NCBI GenBank assembly: GCA_964527235.1
Contig: CAZGNC010000002.1
Span: 146,381-210,380 of the forward strand
Reading direction: 5' to 3'
Origin: an uncultured Candidatus Saccharibacteria bacterium
Lineage (GTDB): Bacteria > Patescibacteriota > Minisyncoccia > Phycocordibacterales > UBA9973
Length of the DNA stretch: 64,000 nucleotides
Position 1 is the first letter of the stretch, and every line of letters starts with the position of its first letter. Below are positions 47,161 to 58,017 of the stretch, piece after piece. A program made the translations under genes and the position numbers. Under the pieces are notes generated by a model. The model was given only the letters and a program-made list of their open reading frames with translations, did not search any database and was not told the DNA's origin.

Positions 47161-49089
47161 ATGACTCAGCCTGGTGAAGATAATTTAAGTAAAGTTGAAG
47201 AATTAAAGAAGAGATTGTTCAGTCGTAACTACCAAATGAAGGTAGAGCATCGCGACAATTTCTCGCCATTGCCCACAAAGGAAGTTCCTGAGGATTGGCA
47301 GGGTGAGCCCGAGAAGCCTAGATTGGGTGAGCAAATTTTTATGAAAACTTCATTCTTTAAGAAATTCTTTCTTTTTTCCTTGGCCTTTTTCGTTTTGGCT
47401 GCAGGGTATGCTGCCTATATGTTCTTTGCTCAGGGCAATACTGTTTCTAACAAAAATATAGATATAGCAGTTCTTGGCAATACTTTCACTGCAGGGGGAG
47501 AAGAGCTCTCACTTGTTGTTGAGATAACCAACAGGAACAGCCTTCCTCTAGAGTCGGTAGATTTGATAGTTGAATATCCGAAAGGTTCTGAGGGTGGGTT
47601 GCTTCAAGATTCTGAAAGAATTCGCGAGACATTAGAGGGCATACCGTCTGGAGAGGTAGTAAGCAAAAATATTAAAATAGTGCTTTTCGGAGAGCAGGGT
47701 AGCATTCGTCCAGTTAGGATAGCTATGGAATACAGAATGGAAGGCTCGAATGCAACTTTCGTTAAAGAAAAATTATATGAAGTCACTATCAACTCTACGC
47801 CACTTAATGTATCTATAACTGGGCCTAGTAGTGCAAGCCCGAACCAAAATGTAACCCTAGAAGTCAAAGCTTCTTTAAATGCTACGAAATCATTGCCAAA
47901 GGTTTTGATTCGAGTGGATTACCCAACAGGCTTCCAGTTCGCTTCTGCTAACCCAGCACCTTCATTTGGAAGTAATATTTGGAATTTAGGTGACTTGGCT
48001 CCAGGGGCAGAAAAGATCATATCTATTAATGGTAAAATGATTGATGTTTTCGATGGTGAGGAAAAGTCATTTCGCGCTTGGAGTGGCTCGCAATCTACTG
48101 CAGACAAGGCGGTCATAGATGTTGTGTTTAATTCTGTATTACATACATTAGCCATAAAGAAACCTCTAATAACCGCAGATATATTTATCGAAGGCGATCG
48201 TGCACGCGAGCACGCGTTAGATTCTAAGACTAACATCACCGGAGAAATTCGTTGGTCCAACAATCTGGATACTAAGATAAATGACTTCGTTATCAAAGCA
48301 GAAATTTCAGGTAATGCCGTTAATCGTAAGACAATAAGCGCTCAGCAAGGTTTCTATGAATCCTCAACCGACACCATTATCTGGGATAAGAATTCTATGA
48401 ATAAATTCAAGGAAATAAATCCTGGTGATTCTGGTTCAGTGGTTTTCTCGCTTTCACCAAATTCATTGTTCGGTGCATCTAACGGCATGCTATCTAGCCC
48501 TACGATAAATATAGACGTTACTATTGAAGGCAAGCAACCACTAGTAGAATATGCCTTGCAGAGTTTGAGTACCAAGGAGTCAACTTCGATAAAGATTATT
48601 TCTGATCTAGGATTCTCAGCTAAGGCGCTTTATTTCTCTGGTCCTCTTACCAACAAGGGTCCCATACCTCCAAAAGCTGAACAAGAAACTACCTATACCG
48701 TGGCTTGGTCGCTTTCAAATACCGCGAATAATATTTCTAAGGCCAAGATAGTTGCTAGCTTGCCAAACTGGGTGTCCTTCGGTGGGGCGGTTTCCCCAAC
48801 AGGTGAGGACATAACTTATAACCAAGCAACCAGAGAAATTACTTGGAATATTGGTTCTATACCTCAAGGCACAGGTATAACCAACAAATTCCGAGAGGCA
48901 TTTTTCCAAATAAAGTTGAAACCTTCTCTATCTCAAGTCAACAATTCTCCTACAATAATTAATGATGCAGTTTTGACTGGACACGATGATTTTGCTAACG
49001 TGGATGTAAAGGTTAAAAAAGGTGTATTAGATACCAGGCTTTCGAGTGATCCAGGATTCCCTCTAAGCGGAGATCGAGTGGTTGAATAG
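47161..49089 (+). CDS. Membrane-anchored surface protein with repeated beta-rich (CARDB/DUF11-like) modules
   Basis: 642 aa; ~60-aa cytoplasmic N-terminus; one TM; large Thr/Ser/Asn-rich ectodomain. TGTTATAAT promoter upstream. Confidence 0.5.
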   Translation: MTQPGEDNLSKVEELKKRLFSRNYQMKVEHRDNFSPLPTKEVPEDWQGEPEKPRLGEQIFMKTSFFKKFFLFSLAFFVLAAGYAAYMFFAQGNTVSNKNIDIAVLGNTFTAGGEELSLVVEITNRNSLPLESVDLIVEYPKGSEGGLLQDSERIRETLEGIPSGEVVSKNIKIVLFGEQGSIRPVRIAMEYRMEGSNATFVKEKLYEVTINSTPLNVSITGPSSASPNQNVTLEVKASLNATKSLPKVLIRVDYPTGFQFASANPAPSFGSNIWNLGDLAPGAEKIISINGKMIDVFDGEEKSFRAWSGSQSTADKAVIDVVFNSVLHTLAIKKPLITADIFIEGDRAREHALDSKTNITGEIRWSNNLDTKINDFVIKAEISGNAVNRKTISAQQGFYESSTDTIIWDKNSMNKFKEINPGDSGSVVFSLSPNSLFGASNGMLSSPTINIDVTIEGKQPLVEYALQSLSTKESTSIKIISDLGFSAKALYFSGPLTNKGPIPPKAEQETTYTVAWSLSNTANNISKAKIVASLPNWVSFGGAVSPTGEDITYNQATREITWNIGSIPQGTGITNKFREAFFQIKLKPSLSQVNNSPTIINDAVLTGHDDFANVDVKVKKGVLDTRLSSDPGFPLSGDRVVE

Positions 49090-49109
49090 AGCTCGAGCAT
49101 AATAATAAA

Positions 49110-50417
49110 ATGAAAAACGAAAAAGAAAATAATGATGGTTTGATGGAGAAGATTGTTTCGCTTTGCAAAAGACGAGGTTTTATTTTCCCTGGTTCTGAGG
49201 TGTACGGGGGACTAGCTGGTACTTATGATTGGGGGCATTTCGGCTTGGCTCTAAAGAACAACATCAAGCAAAATTGGTGGAAGAAGTTCGTAGATTCACG
49301 TCGTGATATGTATGGTATCGATGCTGCGATCATAATGAACGGGAAAGTCTGGGAAGCTTCTGGACACGTAGCAGGATTTGCGGATCCTATGGTTGAGTGC
49401 GAGAAATGCAAACGTAGATTTCGTGCAGATCAAATAGAAGACAAAGAAAAGTGTGCAGAATGCGGTGGCAAACTTGGTGAACCGAAGCAGTTCAACATGA
49501 TGTTTGTCACCAAGATCGGTGCTTCAGAAGATAGTGCTTCGACTGTGTATCTTAGACCTGAAACTGCACAGGGAATATTTGTGAATTTTAAAAACACAGT
49601 AGACGCGTTTCATCCCAAGCTACCTTTCGGTATTGCTCAGATTGGTAAGGCTTTCAGGAATGAGATTACTCCACGAGACTTTATCTTTCGTCAGCGAGAA
49701 TTCGAACAGATGGAAGTAGAGTATTTCGTGAGACCCGAAGATTGGGAGAAATATTTCGAATATTGGAGGGGCGAAATGGTTGGTTGGATGGAAGAAATAG
49801 GCATAGACATGAACAAGCTTCATGAAGTCGAAATAGGTGACGGCGATCGTGCTCACTACTCTAAGCGCACTATTGATTTCGAGTTTGAATATCCGTTTGG
49901 ACAGAAAGAGCTTTTTGGCTTGGCTTATAGAACTGATTTCGATCTAACTAATCACAAACTAGACTATATAGATGAAGAAAGGGCAGAGAAGATCGTACCT
50001 CACGTAATAGAGCCTTCAATGGGAGTAGACAGAGCGGTGCTTTCCGTACTTCTTTCTGCTTATGCAGAAGATGAGAAGGATGGCGAAGTGCGTTCATACT
50101 TTAAATTTAAACCTAACATGGCTCCGGTAATTTGTGCAGTGTCTCCACTACTAAAGAACAAGCCCGAACTCGTAGAGTACGCCAATACGAAAGTATTCGC
50201 TCCGCTTAAGGCTGAGTTCGGCCGGGTTATCTGGGACGACAACGGCAACATCGGCAAGCGCTACCGAAGACAGGATGAGATCGGTACGCCGTTTTGTATC
50301 GTAGTTGACTTCGATACCTTAGAAGACAATACAGTTACTGTTCGAGATCGAGATACTGGAGAACAAGAGAGAGTGAGAGTAGCAGATTTAGAGAAGTATA
50401 TAAAAGATAGAATCTAG
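49110..50417 (+). CDS. glyQS: Glycyl-tRNA synthetase (alpha2 type)
   Basis: 435 aa; class II motifs; Cys-rich insertion CEKCKRRF...CAECGG. Confidence 0.9.
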   Translation: MKNEKENNDGLMEKIVSLCKRRGFIFPGSEVYGGLAGTYDWGHFGLALKNNIKQNWWKKFVDSRRDMYGIDAAIIMNGKVWEASGHVAGFADPMVECEKCKRRFRADQIEDKEKCAECGGKLGEPKQFNMMFVTKIGASEDSASTVYLRPETAQGIFVNFKNTVDAFHPKLPFGIAQIGKAFRNEITPRDFIFRQREFEQMEVEYFVRPEDWEKYFEYWRGEMVGWMEEIGIDMNKLHEVEIGDGDRAHYSKRTIDFEFEYPFGQKELFGLAYRTDFDLTNHKLDYIDEERAEKIVPHVIEPSMGVDRAVLSVLLSAYAEDEKDGEVRSYFKFKPNMAPVICAVSPLLKNKPELVEYANTKVFAPLKAEFGRVIWDDNGNIGKRYRRQDEIGTPFCIVVDFDTLEDNTVTVRDRDTGEQERVRVADLEKYIKDRI

Positions 50418-50849
50418 ATGAAAAAAGGAGAAGATTATACTGGGGTTGCTGTCGTATTTTTGTGTCATGATGGTAATGGCAGTTTTCTCCTGAGTAAAAG
50501 GGGTATAAATTCTCGTGATGAGCACGGGACTTGGGACCCAGGGGGAGGTAGTATTGAATTTGGTGATACTGCTGAGAACACTCTAAAGAAAGAAATAAAA
50601 GAAGAGTACTGCACAGATGTTTTGAGTTATGAATTCTTGGGCTATCGTGATGTGCATCGAGAACACGGTGGTAGAAAGACACATTGGGTGGTGCTGGATT
50701 TTAAAGTATTAGTGGATAGATCTCAAGCTAAAAATGGTGAACCACACAAGCTGGATGCAGTTGATTGGTTTACTTTAGAAAATTTACCGTCACCAGTGCA
50801 TTCACAGTTCCCAAATTTTTTGAATTTATATAAAGATAAAATAAAATGA
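50418..50849 (+). CDS. NUDIX hydrolase (third paralog)
   Basis: 143 aa; Nudix box GGGSIEFGDTAENTLKKEIKEE. Confidence 0.7.
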   Translation: MKKGEDYTGVAVVFLCHDGNGSFLLSKRGINSRDEHGTWDPGGGSIEFGDTAENTLKKEIKEEYCTDVLSYEFLGYRDVHREHGGRKTHWVVLDFKVLVDRSQAKNGEPHKLDAVDWFTLENLPSPVHSQFPNFLNLYKDKIK

Positions 50850-52114
50850 AATTTACAAAAAAAGTTCTACATAATGGTTTAAGGGTAGTCACAGTCCCTA
50901 TGAAGGATAACCCTACGGTGACGGTTTTGGTGTTGGTAGAAGCTGGTTCGAAATATGAGACCAAGAAGTTAAACGGTATTTCACATTTTCTTGAGCACAT
51001 GTGTTTCAAGGGTACAGCCAAGAGACCTAAGGCCATTGATATATCCAAGGAACTAGATGCCCTAGGGAGCCATTACAACGCCTTTACAGCTCAAGAATAC
51101 ACAGGATACTATGCCAAAGCCGAAGCTAAGCATTTCGGGCAGATTCTAGATATTGTCTCAGATGTTTACCTAAATTCGACATTCCCAGAGGCTGAAATGC
51201 AGAAAGAAAAAGGCGTGATTATAGAAGAGATAAATATGTATGAAGACACGCCCAGTAGACATGTGCAGGATTTGGTTATGCAACTTCTGTATGGCGACAC
51301 CCCAGCAGGGTGGAACATCGCAGGCGAGAAGAAAAATATTCTTGCGATGGAGCGAGAAGACTTCGTGAAGTACAAAAGCGAGCATTATCTTCCCGAAGCA
51401 ACTACTCTGGTGGTTGCGGGCAAGGTCACCGAGAAGAATGTACTAAAAGCTGTAGAGAAAATATTCGGCCATATTCCACGTGGAGGTAAGCAACCTAAAA
51501 TCAAAGTCATCGAGAAGCAGACCAAACCTGAAGCTTTAGTGAAGTTCAAGAAAACTGACCAGACGCATTTCGTGCTAGCGATGCGGTCTTATGATTTGTT
51601 TAATAAAAACAATCCTGTGCTTTCCGTTCTAAGCGGTGTGTTGGGTGGGGGTATGAGTTCTAGGCTCTTCCAGAAACTTCGCGAGGAAATGGGGGTAGGT
51701 TATTATGTGAATGCTTACAACGATACATATACTGATCACGGATTTTTTCAGATTTCAGCAGGAGTAGATAATAAAAGAATCCATGAGGTCATCAAAGCAG
51801 TTTTGGAAGAATGTAAAAAGCTAACCACTGAGAAAGTTTCTGAAGAAGAATTAAATAAAGTTAAGCAACTTTTGGTGGGGAACTTGAAGCTATCTTTAGA
51901 ATCTAGTGATTCCTTGGCAAATTTCTTTGGAGGACAAGAACTTCTACGACATGACATCAAGAGTGCCGAAGATAAAGCGCGGGAGATCAATAAAGTTACC
52001 AGTGCGCAGGTGCAGATAATGGCTAGGGAGATATTCCAAAACCAGAAACTTAACCTTGCCCTTATAGGTCCTTTTAAAGACAAGAAAGAATTCTTGAAAA
52101 ACCTGAAATTCTAA
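50846..52114 (+). CDS. M16-family (pitrilysin/insulinase-like) zinc peptidase
   Basis: 422 aa; inverted zinc motif HFLEHMCFKGT (HxxEH). Confidence 0.8.
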   Translation: MKFTKKVLHNGLRVVTVPMKDNPTVTVLVLVEAGSKYETKKLNGISHFLEHMCFKGTAKRPKAIDISKELDALGSHYNAFTAQEYTGYYAKAEAKHFGQILDIVSDVYLNSTFPEAEMQKEKGVIIEEINMYEDTPSRHVQDLVMQLLYGDTPAGWNIAGEKKNILAMEREDFVKYKSEHYLPEATTLVVAGKVTEKNVLKAVEKIFGHIPRGGKQPKIKVIEKQTKPEALVKFKKTDQTHFVLAMRSYDLFNKNNPVLSVLSGVLGGGMSSRLFQKLREEMGVGYYVNAYNDTYTDHGFFQISAGVDNKRIHEVIKAVLEECKKLTTEKVSEEELNKVKQLLVGNLKLSLESSDSLANFFGGQELLRHDIKSAEDKAREINKVTSAQVQIMAREIFQNQKLNLALIGPFKDKKEFLKNLKF

Positions 52115-52153
52115 AGAATTCTAATTTATTAGGTTTTGTGATACTATAATCTC

Positions 52154-53227
52154 ATGTTTAAGTCATCTGAGGTTACTCCTGTTGCCATATCGACTGGGAC
52201 CATGGTCCGTGCGATTTTACTCGCAGTGGGAGTTTTTGCTATATGGGTTCTACGTGATTTAGTGCTAGTGCTTCTTACAGCAATTATTATTTCTTCTTTC
52301 GTTGAGTCTTCTGTGCCGTATTTCAAGAAGATAGGTATAGGCAGGGTACCTGGCATCGTTGTTCTTTATGTAGCCATTATTGGTTTTTTTGCCGGGATGT
52401 TCTATCTTTTTGCTCCGCTTCTAATTACCGAAATTTATAATTTCTCTACGTTCCTAGCGTCTTATTTTCCAGGTGTGAGTTTCTTAGATTATTTTAAAGA
52501 TGAAGCGTTTTCTGGGGCGAAAGACATAGTTTCAGGGTTGTCAGGTGAATTTTCTTTGGCATCTTTGATGCTAGTTTCTAAAGCGTTTCTTGAGAACCTA
52601 TCAGGAGGTTTCGTGAAGACTCTTTCAGTAGCTTTTGGTAGTATATTCAACTTCATGCTTATCGTGCTCATTTCATTTTATCTTTCAGTGCAAGAAAACG
52701 GCATTGAGAATTTCTTGAGAATAATTTTACCGATAGAACACGAGGAATATGTGGTGGGGCTTTGGAAGCGTTCTCGCAGGAAAATCGCATTATGGTTCAA
52801 GGGTCAGTTGCTTCTGAGCGTTATTATCACCGTGCTGACTTATCTAGTGCTTGCACTTATGGGCATCAAGTACGCACTATTGCTATCTATTATCGCTGGG
52901 ATCATGGAGCTTGTGCCTTATGGAGTCTTGGTTGCTCTAGTGCCGGCTGCAGCATTTTCCTATCTCTCGGGTGGATTGGCTAGTGCACTAATGGTTTCTG
53001 GAGCATATCTCATAATTCACCAGTTCGAAGTATTTCTTTTTGCTCCGCTTGTGATAAAGGGAGTAGTCGGGCTTTCTCCAATAGTGATAATCCTAGCCGC
53101 TATTATAGGCTTTGAGCTGGGTGGTTTCTGGGGCGCTCTTATTTCTATACCACTAACAGTGTTTATTATTGAGCTCATGGACGACATGGAGAAGAAGAAA
53201 ATTTCTCACAAAAACACTCATGCCTAA
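52154..53227 (+). CDS. AI-2E-family (UPF0118/PerM-like) transporter
   Basis: 357 aa; ~8 TM; family-typical topology. Confidence 0.6.
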   Translation: MFKSSEVTPVAISTGTMVRAILLAVGVFAIWVLRDLVLVLLTAIIISSFVESSVPYFKKIGIGRVPGIVVLYVAIIGFFAGMFYLFAPLLITEIYNFSTFLASYFPGVSFLDYFKDEAFSGAKDIVSGLSGEFSLASLMLVSKAFLENLSGGFVKTLSVAFGSIFNFMLIVLISFYLSVQENGIENFLRIILPIEHEEYVVGLWKRSRRKIALWFKGQLLLSVIITVLTYLVLALMGIKYALLLSIIAGIMELVPYGVLVALVPAAAFSYLSGGLASALMVSGAYLIIHQFEVFLFAPLVIKGVVGLSPIVIILAAIIGFELGGFWGALISIPLTVFIIELMDDMEKKKISHKNTHA

Positions 53228-54674
53228 GAAAAGTTTCTACCTAACAACCACGCTTCCTTATGTTAATGCAGATCTTCACATGGGTCATGCGCTCGAATTC
53301 GTGCGCGCAGATGTAATAGCTCGTTACAAAAAGCTTCAAGGTTTCGATGTGTTTTTCAATACTGGTACCGATGAGCACGGAATGAAGATATACGAGAAGG
53401 CGCAAGCACAGGGTGTGAGTGCGCAGGAGTTTGTTGATGAGAGTTTTAAGAGTTTTCGAGAATCGGTAAAGATATTCGGTATGGACGAAGAGATACTGCA
53501 TTTCACTCGTACTACTGACCCGCACCATGTTGCTTCGGCACAAGAATTTTGGAAGAGAGTCTATAATAATGGCTATATATATAAGAAGAACTATGAAGCC
53601 AAGTACTGCGTTGGTTGCGAAGAAACCAAGAGCGATTCTGAGCTTGTGAATGGGGAGTGTGCGATACATCCTGGCAGGGCGCTCGAAATAATTCAAGAAG
53701 AAAATTACTTTTTTAAATACAGTGAGTTCGGAGATAAGTTGCTTGATTTCTATAAATCTAATCCTGATTTCGTAGTTCCTGATTTTCGTTTCAATGAAGT
53801 GAAGGCCTTTGTGGAGAGGGGGTTGCAAGACTTCTCTATTTCTCGACTGAAGTCCAAGATGCCTTGGGGGATAGATGTTCCCGGAGACTCCGAGCATGTT
53901 ATGTATGTTTGGTTTGATGCGCTAACTAACTACATATCTACACTAGGCTGGCCAGAAAATGAAAGAGATCTAGAAGGGGACTTTCAGAAATATTGGGTGC
54001 ATGGTACGCCCACACAATACTGTGGGAAAGACAACACGCGCTTTCAATCAGCTATGTGGCAGGCGATGCTCATGGCCTCTGATGTGCCAGGATCAAACAA
54101 AATAGTGGTAAATGGTTTCATTACTGCGGACCAGGGAGTGAAGATGTCTAAGACACTAGGCAACGTGGTTGACCCTAAGGATATAGTCGCCGAATACGGC
54201 ACAGATGCACTGCGTTACTTTTTGTTGCGAGAGATTTCTTCTTTTGAAGACAGTCCTTTTACAATGGAGAGATTTAAAGATGCTTACAACTCAGGGCTTG
54301 CGAATGGTTTGGGGAATTTAACTAGTAGAATTTTAACCTTGTCAGAAAAACATTTAGGTTCGATCCCGGAAATGGATCACCGCTTTGTATCTCAGATTCC
54401 TGAATTTATAAATGAATTTAAAATTCAAAATGCCGTTAACGTAGTTTGGAGTTTAGTTGATGAACTAGATAGATACATCCAAGACACCGAGGCTTTTAAG
54501 GTTATCAAGATAGATGAACAAAAGGGGAGAGAACTTATCTTAGAGTATGTTCAAAAGTTGTTTACAATAAGCCAAGCGTTGGGTCCATTTCTTCCCGAAA
54601 CCTCAAAAACAATTCAGGAATTAATCAGAACCAACAAAAAACCCGAAAAACCCTTATTTTTAAGGAGGGATTAA
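53220..54674 (+). CDS. metG: Methionyl-tRNA synthetase
   Basis: Start at MPKKSFYLTTTLPYVNADLHMGH (HIGH = HMGH); KMSKTLGN; CxxC...C knuckle. Confidence 0.9.
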   Translation: MPKKSFYLTTTLPYVNADLHMGHALEFVRADVIARYKKLQGFDVFFNTGTDEHGMKIYEKAQAQGVSAQEFVDESFKSFRESVKIFGMDEEILHFTRTTDPHHVASAQEFWKRVYNNGYIYKKNYEAKYCVGCEETKSDSELVNGECAIHPGRALEIIQEENYFFKYSEFGDKLLDFYKSNPDFVVPDFRFNEVKAFVERGLQDFSISRLKSKMPWGIDVPGDSEHVMYVWFDALTNYISTLGWPENERDLEGDFQKYWVHGTPTQYCGKDNTRFQSAMWQAMLMASDVPGSNKIVVNGFITADQGVKMSKTLGNVVDPKDIVAEYGTDALRYFLLREISSFEDSPFTMERFKDAYNSGLANGLGNLTSRILTLSEKHLGSIPEMDHRFVSQIPEFINEFKIQNAVNVVWSLVDELDRYIQDTEAFKVIKIDEQKGRELILEYVQKLFTISQALGPFLPETSKTIQELIRTNKKPEKPLFLRRD

Positions 54675-55211
54675 ATGATTTCGATGAATTTACTTGTTGT
54701 AGATAATCAGACTAAACACCTCGATGCTCTAGTGCAATTTCTTCCTGGCACAGTGTCAGTGGTAAAGAAAAATGACATAGATATAAGTGATTTAGAATCA
54801 TATGATCTTATAGTTTTTTCTGGTGGTTCAGGGGTTCCGACGGTTGCAGAAAACCCAGAGGTGTATTTTTCTGAAATTTCAATAATACAAAATTTTTCTA
54901 AACCGATTTTAGGTGTTTGTCTTGGGGCTGAGATTATAAATGTTGCCTTAGGTGGCACAGTTAGAAGGTTAGAAGAGAGAGTTGCAGGTAATTACGAAAT
55001 AAATATTTCAGGACGGTATTTTTCTGTTGTTGAAGCACATATTATGGCAATAGATAATTTAGCAGAGACCTTAGAGCCACTTGCAGATTCTAAATTTGGA
55101 GTTGAAGTTTTTAAACATAAAACCAGGCCCATAGTTGGTGTTCAGTTTCATCCAGAAATTAGCAATAATCCAGAATTGAGAGATTTAATATTTAATTTCT
55201 TGATAAAATAA
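54675..55211 (+). CDS. Standalone class-I glutamine amidotransferase-like protein
   Basis: 178 aa; GVCLGAEI nucleophile elbow; VQFHPE. Confidence 0.55.
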   Translation: MISMNLLVVDNQTKHLDALVQFLPGTVSVVKKNDIDISDLESYDLIVFSGGSGVPTVAENPEVYFSEISIIQNFSKPILGVCLGAEIINVALGGTVRRLEERVAGNYEINISGRYFSVVEAHIMAIDNLAETLEPLADSKFGVEVFKHKTRPIVGVQFHPEISNNPELRDLIFNFLIK

Positions 55212-55215
55212 TATT

Positions 55216-56055
55216 ATGCCCAAATACATAGACATACACAGCCATGTTAATTTCAAGGCTTTCGATGAGGATCGAGACGCTGTTATTAAGCGTGCCTTAG
55301 ATAGCGATACTTGGGTGATAAATGTAGGTACTCAAGTAGATACTTCTCGCGATGCTGTTGCTTTGGCAAACAAATATTCTGAGGGAGTCTATGCAATTAT
55401 TGGTCTGCATCCTATTCATACTGGTGCATCGTATCACGATGAGAAAGAGCTAGGCGAGGGCGGGAAAGAATTTACTTCCCGTGGAGAAATTTTCGATAAA
55501 GATTTTTACCGAGAGCTTTTGAAAGATCCTAAGGTGGTAGCGATAGGGGAATGCGGGCTGGATTATTATCGCATGGATGCAGAATCTATCGAGAAACAGA
55601 AAGTTGCATTTATTGCGCAGATTGATCTTGCTAATGAATTCAATAAACCTCTAATGCTTCATATAAGAAATAACCCTAAAGATAACACCCATGATGCTTA
55701 TATGGATTCTCTCGAACTTCTGAAACAGCATGCCAAAGTAAAAGGTGATGTGCATTTCTTCGCTGGCAGTTGGGATGTGGCGAAAGCTTTCTTAGATTTT
55801 GGATTCACTCTATCTTTCACTGGAGTTGTAACTTTCACCCATGATTACGATGAGGTCGTCAGAAATACTCCACTTAATATGATAATGTCTGAGACTGACT
55901 CTCCGTACATCACCCCAACTCCTCATAGGGGTAAAAGAAACGAGCCTGTGTATGTACAAGAAGTAGTGAAGAAAATAGCCGAGATAAAGGGCCTATCTCT
56001 CGAAGAAGTAAGCTCTGCTTTAGTGGCCAACGCCCGCCGAGTTTTCTCTATTTAG
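55216..56055 (+). CDS. tatD: TatD-family metal-dependent DNase/hydrolase
   Basis: 279 aa; IDIHSHVNF; ECGLDYY; SETDSPY. Confidence 0.85.
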   Translation: MPKYIDIHSHVNFKAFDEDRDAVIKRALDSDTWVINVGTQVDTSRDAVALANKYSEGVYAIIGLHPIHTGASYHDEKELGEGGKEFTSRGEIFDKDFYRELLKDPKVVAIGECGLDYYRMDAESIEKQKVAFIAQIDLANEFNKPLMLHIRNNPKDNTHDAYMDSLELLKQHAKVKGDVHFFAGSWDVAKAFLDFGFTLSFTGVVTFTHDYDEVVRNTPLNMIMSETDSPYITPTPHRGKRNEPVYVQEVVKKIAEIKGLSLEEVSSALVANARRVFSI

Positions 56056-56145
56056 GCTCTAGGGGCACCCTCCTTGCGTTTTCTCTACCTTTTTGTTATT
56101 ATGCACCTTATGCGAAACAAGGCAGATGAAGCTAAAAATGAAGAT

Positions 56146-56619
56146 ATGACGACTAAAGAACCCAAGGTTTACGAGGTGGGCTACCTTCTGGTCCCTAGTA
56201 TGTCCGAAGAGGAAGTACCAGCGGTTTATGGTAATTTGAAAGATCTTATTGCTAATCTTGGAGGAGAGGTTATTTCTGATGAAATGCCTAAAATGATGAA
56301 CCTCGCTTATACTATGTCTAAAGTTGTTTCTAACGTACGCAGTAAGTTCGATTCTGCCTACTTTGGTTGGACTAAGTTCTATATGTCTCCAGAGAAAGTT
56401 GTAGAATTAAAGAAGGCTCTCGATCTAGATACTAAATTCATAAGATTCTTGACTATCAAGACTGTTAAAGAAAATACTGTAGCCTCAAGGAGATTTGTCG
56501 GCAAAGACACTATTCGTCGCAAGACTCCAGGTACTAAGGTTGAAGGCGAGGAAGAAGTAGTTATGCCTATCAACAAAGAGGAGATAGACAAGGAGATAGA
56601 CGCCCTAGTGCAAGCTTAA
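56146..56619 (+). CDS. rpsF: 30S ribosomal protein S6
   Basis: YEVGYLLVP...LAYTMSK S6 signature. Start chosen at MTTKEP (the ORF track extends to 56074). Acidic tail. Confidence 0.7.
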   Translation: MTTKEPKVYEVGYLLVPSMSEEEVPAVYGNLKDLIANLGGEVISDEMPKMMNLAYTMSKVVSNVRSKFDSAYFGWTKFYMSPEKVVELKKALDLDTKFIRFLTIKTVKENTVASRRFVGKDTIRRKTPGTKVEGEEEVVMPINKEEIDKEIDALVQA

Positions 56620-56627
56620 ATTTAAAT

Positions 56628-57083
56628 ATGTTTCTAAACAAAGCAATTCTAATAGGAAATCTAACCCGCGACCCAGAGTTGCGATCACTTCCTTCTGGTA
56701 TTAAAGTTTGTTCATTCTCTATTGCTACTAATCGTGTCTGGAAAGATAAGAATGGTGCAAGACAAGAATCAGCTGATTATCACAATGTTGTAGTCTTCGG
56801 TCGCCAAGCAGAAACAGTTGCTCAGTATATGAAGAAAGGCAACTCGATATTAGTAGAAGGTAGAATTCAGACTAGGAGTTGGGATGACAAGGGAAGTGGT
56901 GAGAAGAAGTATCGCACTGAGATCGTCGCCGACAGAACTCAGTTTGGTCCGAAGGGAGGAGGAGCTCCTATGGCCTCAGCAGGACCTGCAACAGGCACCA
57001 AGAATTCACCTCAGAGTCCTGAAGAAGTCGATACTATCGAGTATCCCGAGGAAGACATTAACCCAGAAGACATTCCGTTTTAA
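56628..57083 (+). CDS. ssb: Single-stranded DNA-binding protein
   Basis: 151 aa; OB fold; C-terminal acidic tip DIPF. Confidence 0.9.
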   Translation: MFLNKAILIGNLTRDPELRSLPSGIKVCSFSIATNRVWKDKNGARQESADYHNVVVFGRQAETVAQYMKKGNSILVEGRIQTRSWDDKGSGEKKYRTEIVADRTQFGPKGGGAPMASAGPATGTKNSPQSPEEVDTIEYPEEDINPEDIPF

Positions 57084-57104
57084 TCGCAATTTAATTAAAA
57101 ATAT

Positions 57105-57305
57105 ATGAAACAAGATTACTTTTCAGCAAACAATATAAAACACATAGATTACAAGGATATCGAGATCCTAACTAAGTTCATCAACCCTAACGGCAAGATA
57201 ATGAACCACAAGCGCACTGGTGTTACCCTCAAGAATCAACGCCAGCTAGCTTCTGCAATCAAGAACGCTCGCTTCCTAGGACTTCTTCCTTTCGTAGCAA
57301 AATAA
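57105..57305 (+). CDS. rpsR: 30S ribosomal protein S18
   Basis: 66 aa; [13 protein letters not shown]...GLLPF. Completes the classic rpsF-ssb-rpsR operon. Confidence 0.85.
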   Translation: MKQDYFSANNIKHIDYKDIEILTKFINPNGKIMNHKRTGVTLKNQRQLASAIKNARFLGLLPFVAK

Positions 57306-57309
57306 GACT

Positions 57310-57341
57310 CATCAAAAAATCCCCCGTATGGGGGATTTTTT
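57310..57341 (+). terminator. Rho-independent terminator AAAAAATCCCCCGTATGGGGGATTTTTTGATT
   Basis: Same hairpin as at 22085 (30/32 identical). Confidence 0.7.
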
Positions 57342-57360
57342 GATTTAACGGCTTTATTAT

Positions 57361-57942
57361 TTAAACTCGCTCTACGTATTCGCCAGTTTCAGTGTTGATG
57401 CTCACTGTGTCGCCTTCGTTGATGAACATAGGTGCGTTTAGTGTGGTGTCATTCTCTAGAGTGATTACTTTGTTGCCTCCCTTTGAGGTGTCTCCACGTA
57501 CGGCAGGGGGAGCCTCTTTAACTTTGAAGTTCATTTTGATAGGTAAGGTAATCTTAATGATTCTCTCTTCGTCATCATCGTTGGTCCAGACTAGGGCAGT
57601 GACGTTACCGTTGGCCTTTAGAAATTTCGCAGTGTTACCCATTAGGGATTCCTCCAGTTTAAATCGGTTACTTTTATCGTTTGGGTCGCAGAACCAATAT
57701 TCACCTTTGTTTTGATAAAGGAATGTTACCTCACGCTTAGCGATATCAGCCTCATCTGCGGTGTCAGACACGTGAAAAGTCGCCGCTATGGTCTTGCCTG
57801 AGATTAAGCTTTTAAGCTTTACCTGGTTTTGAGGCTTACGCTGTTGGGTGCGAGCGACGTGAGACTCTACTACTTCTGCAGGTTCATCATCGTGAATGAT
57901 TATTTTCTTCTCGCGAATTTCATTGTATTGAAGTTGTGACAT
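57361..57942 (-). CDS. efp: Elongation factor P
   Basis: 193 aa; KOW domain plus two OB domains. Confidence 0.85.
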   Translation of the reverse strand: MSQLQYNEIREKKIIIHDDEPAEVVESHVARTQQRKPQNQVKLKSLISGKTIAATFHVSDTADEADIAKREVTFLYQNKGEYWFCDPNDKSNRFKLEESLMGNTAKFLKANGNVTALVWTNDDDEERIIKITLPIKMNFKVKEAPPAVRGDTSKGGNKVITLENDTTLNAPMFINEGDTVSINTETGEYVERV

Positions 57943-58017
57943 GTGGATATACTATCAAAAAATATTTTAAAAGCAAACTGAAAAGGCCTTCTATATACAA
58001 GACAGCAGGGAAGGATG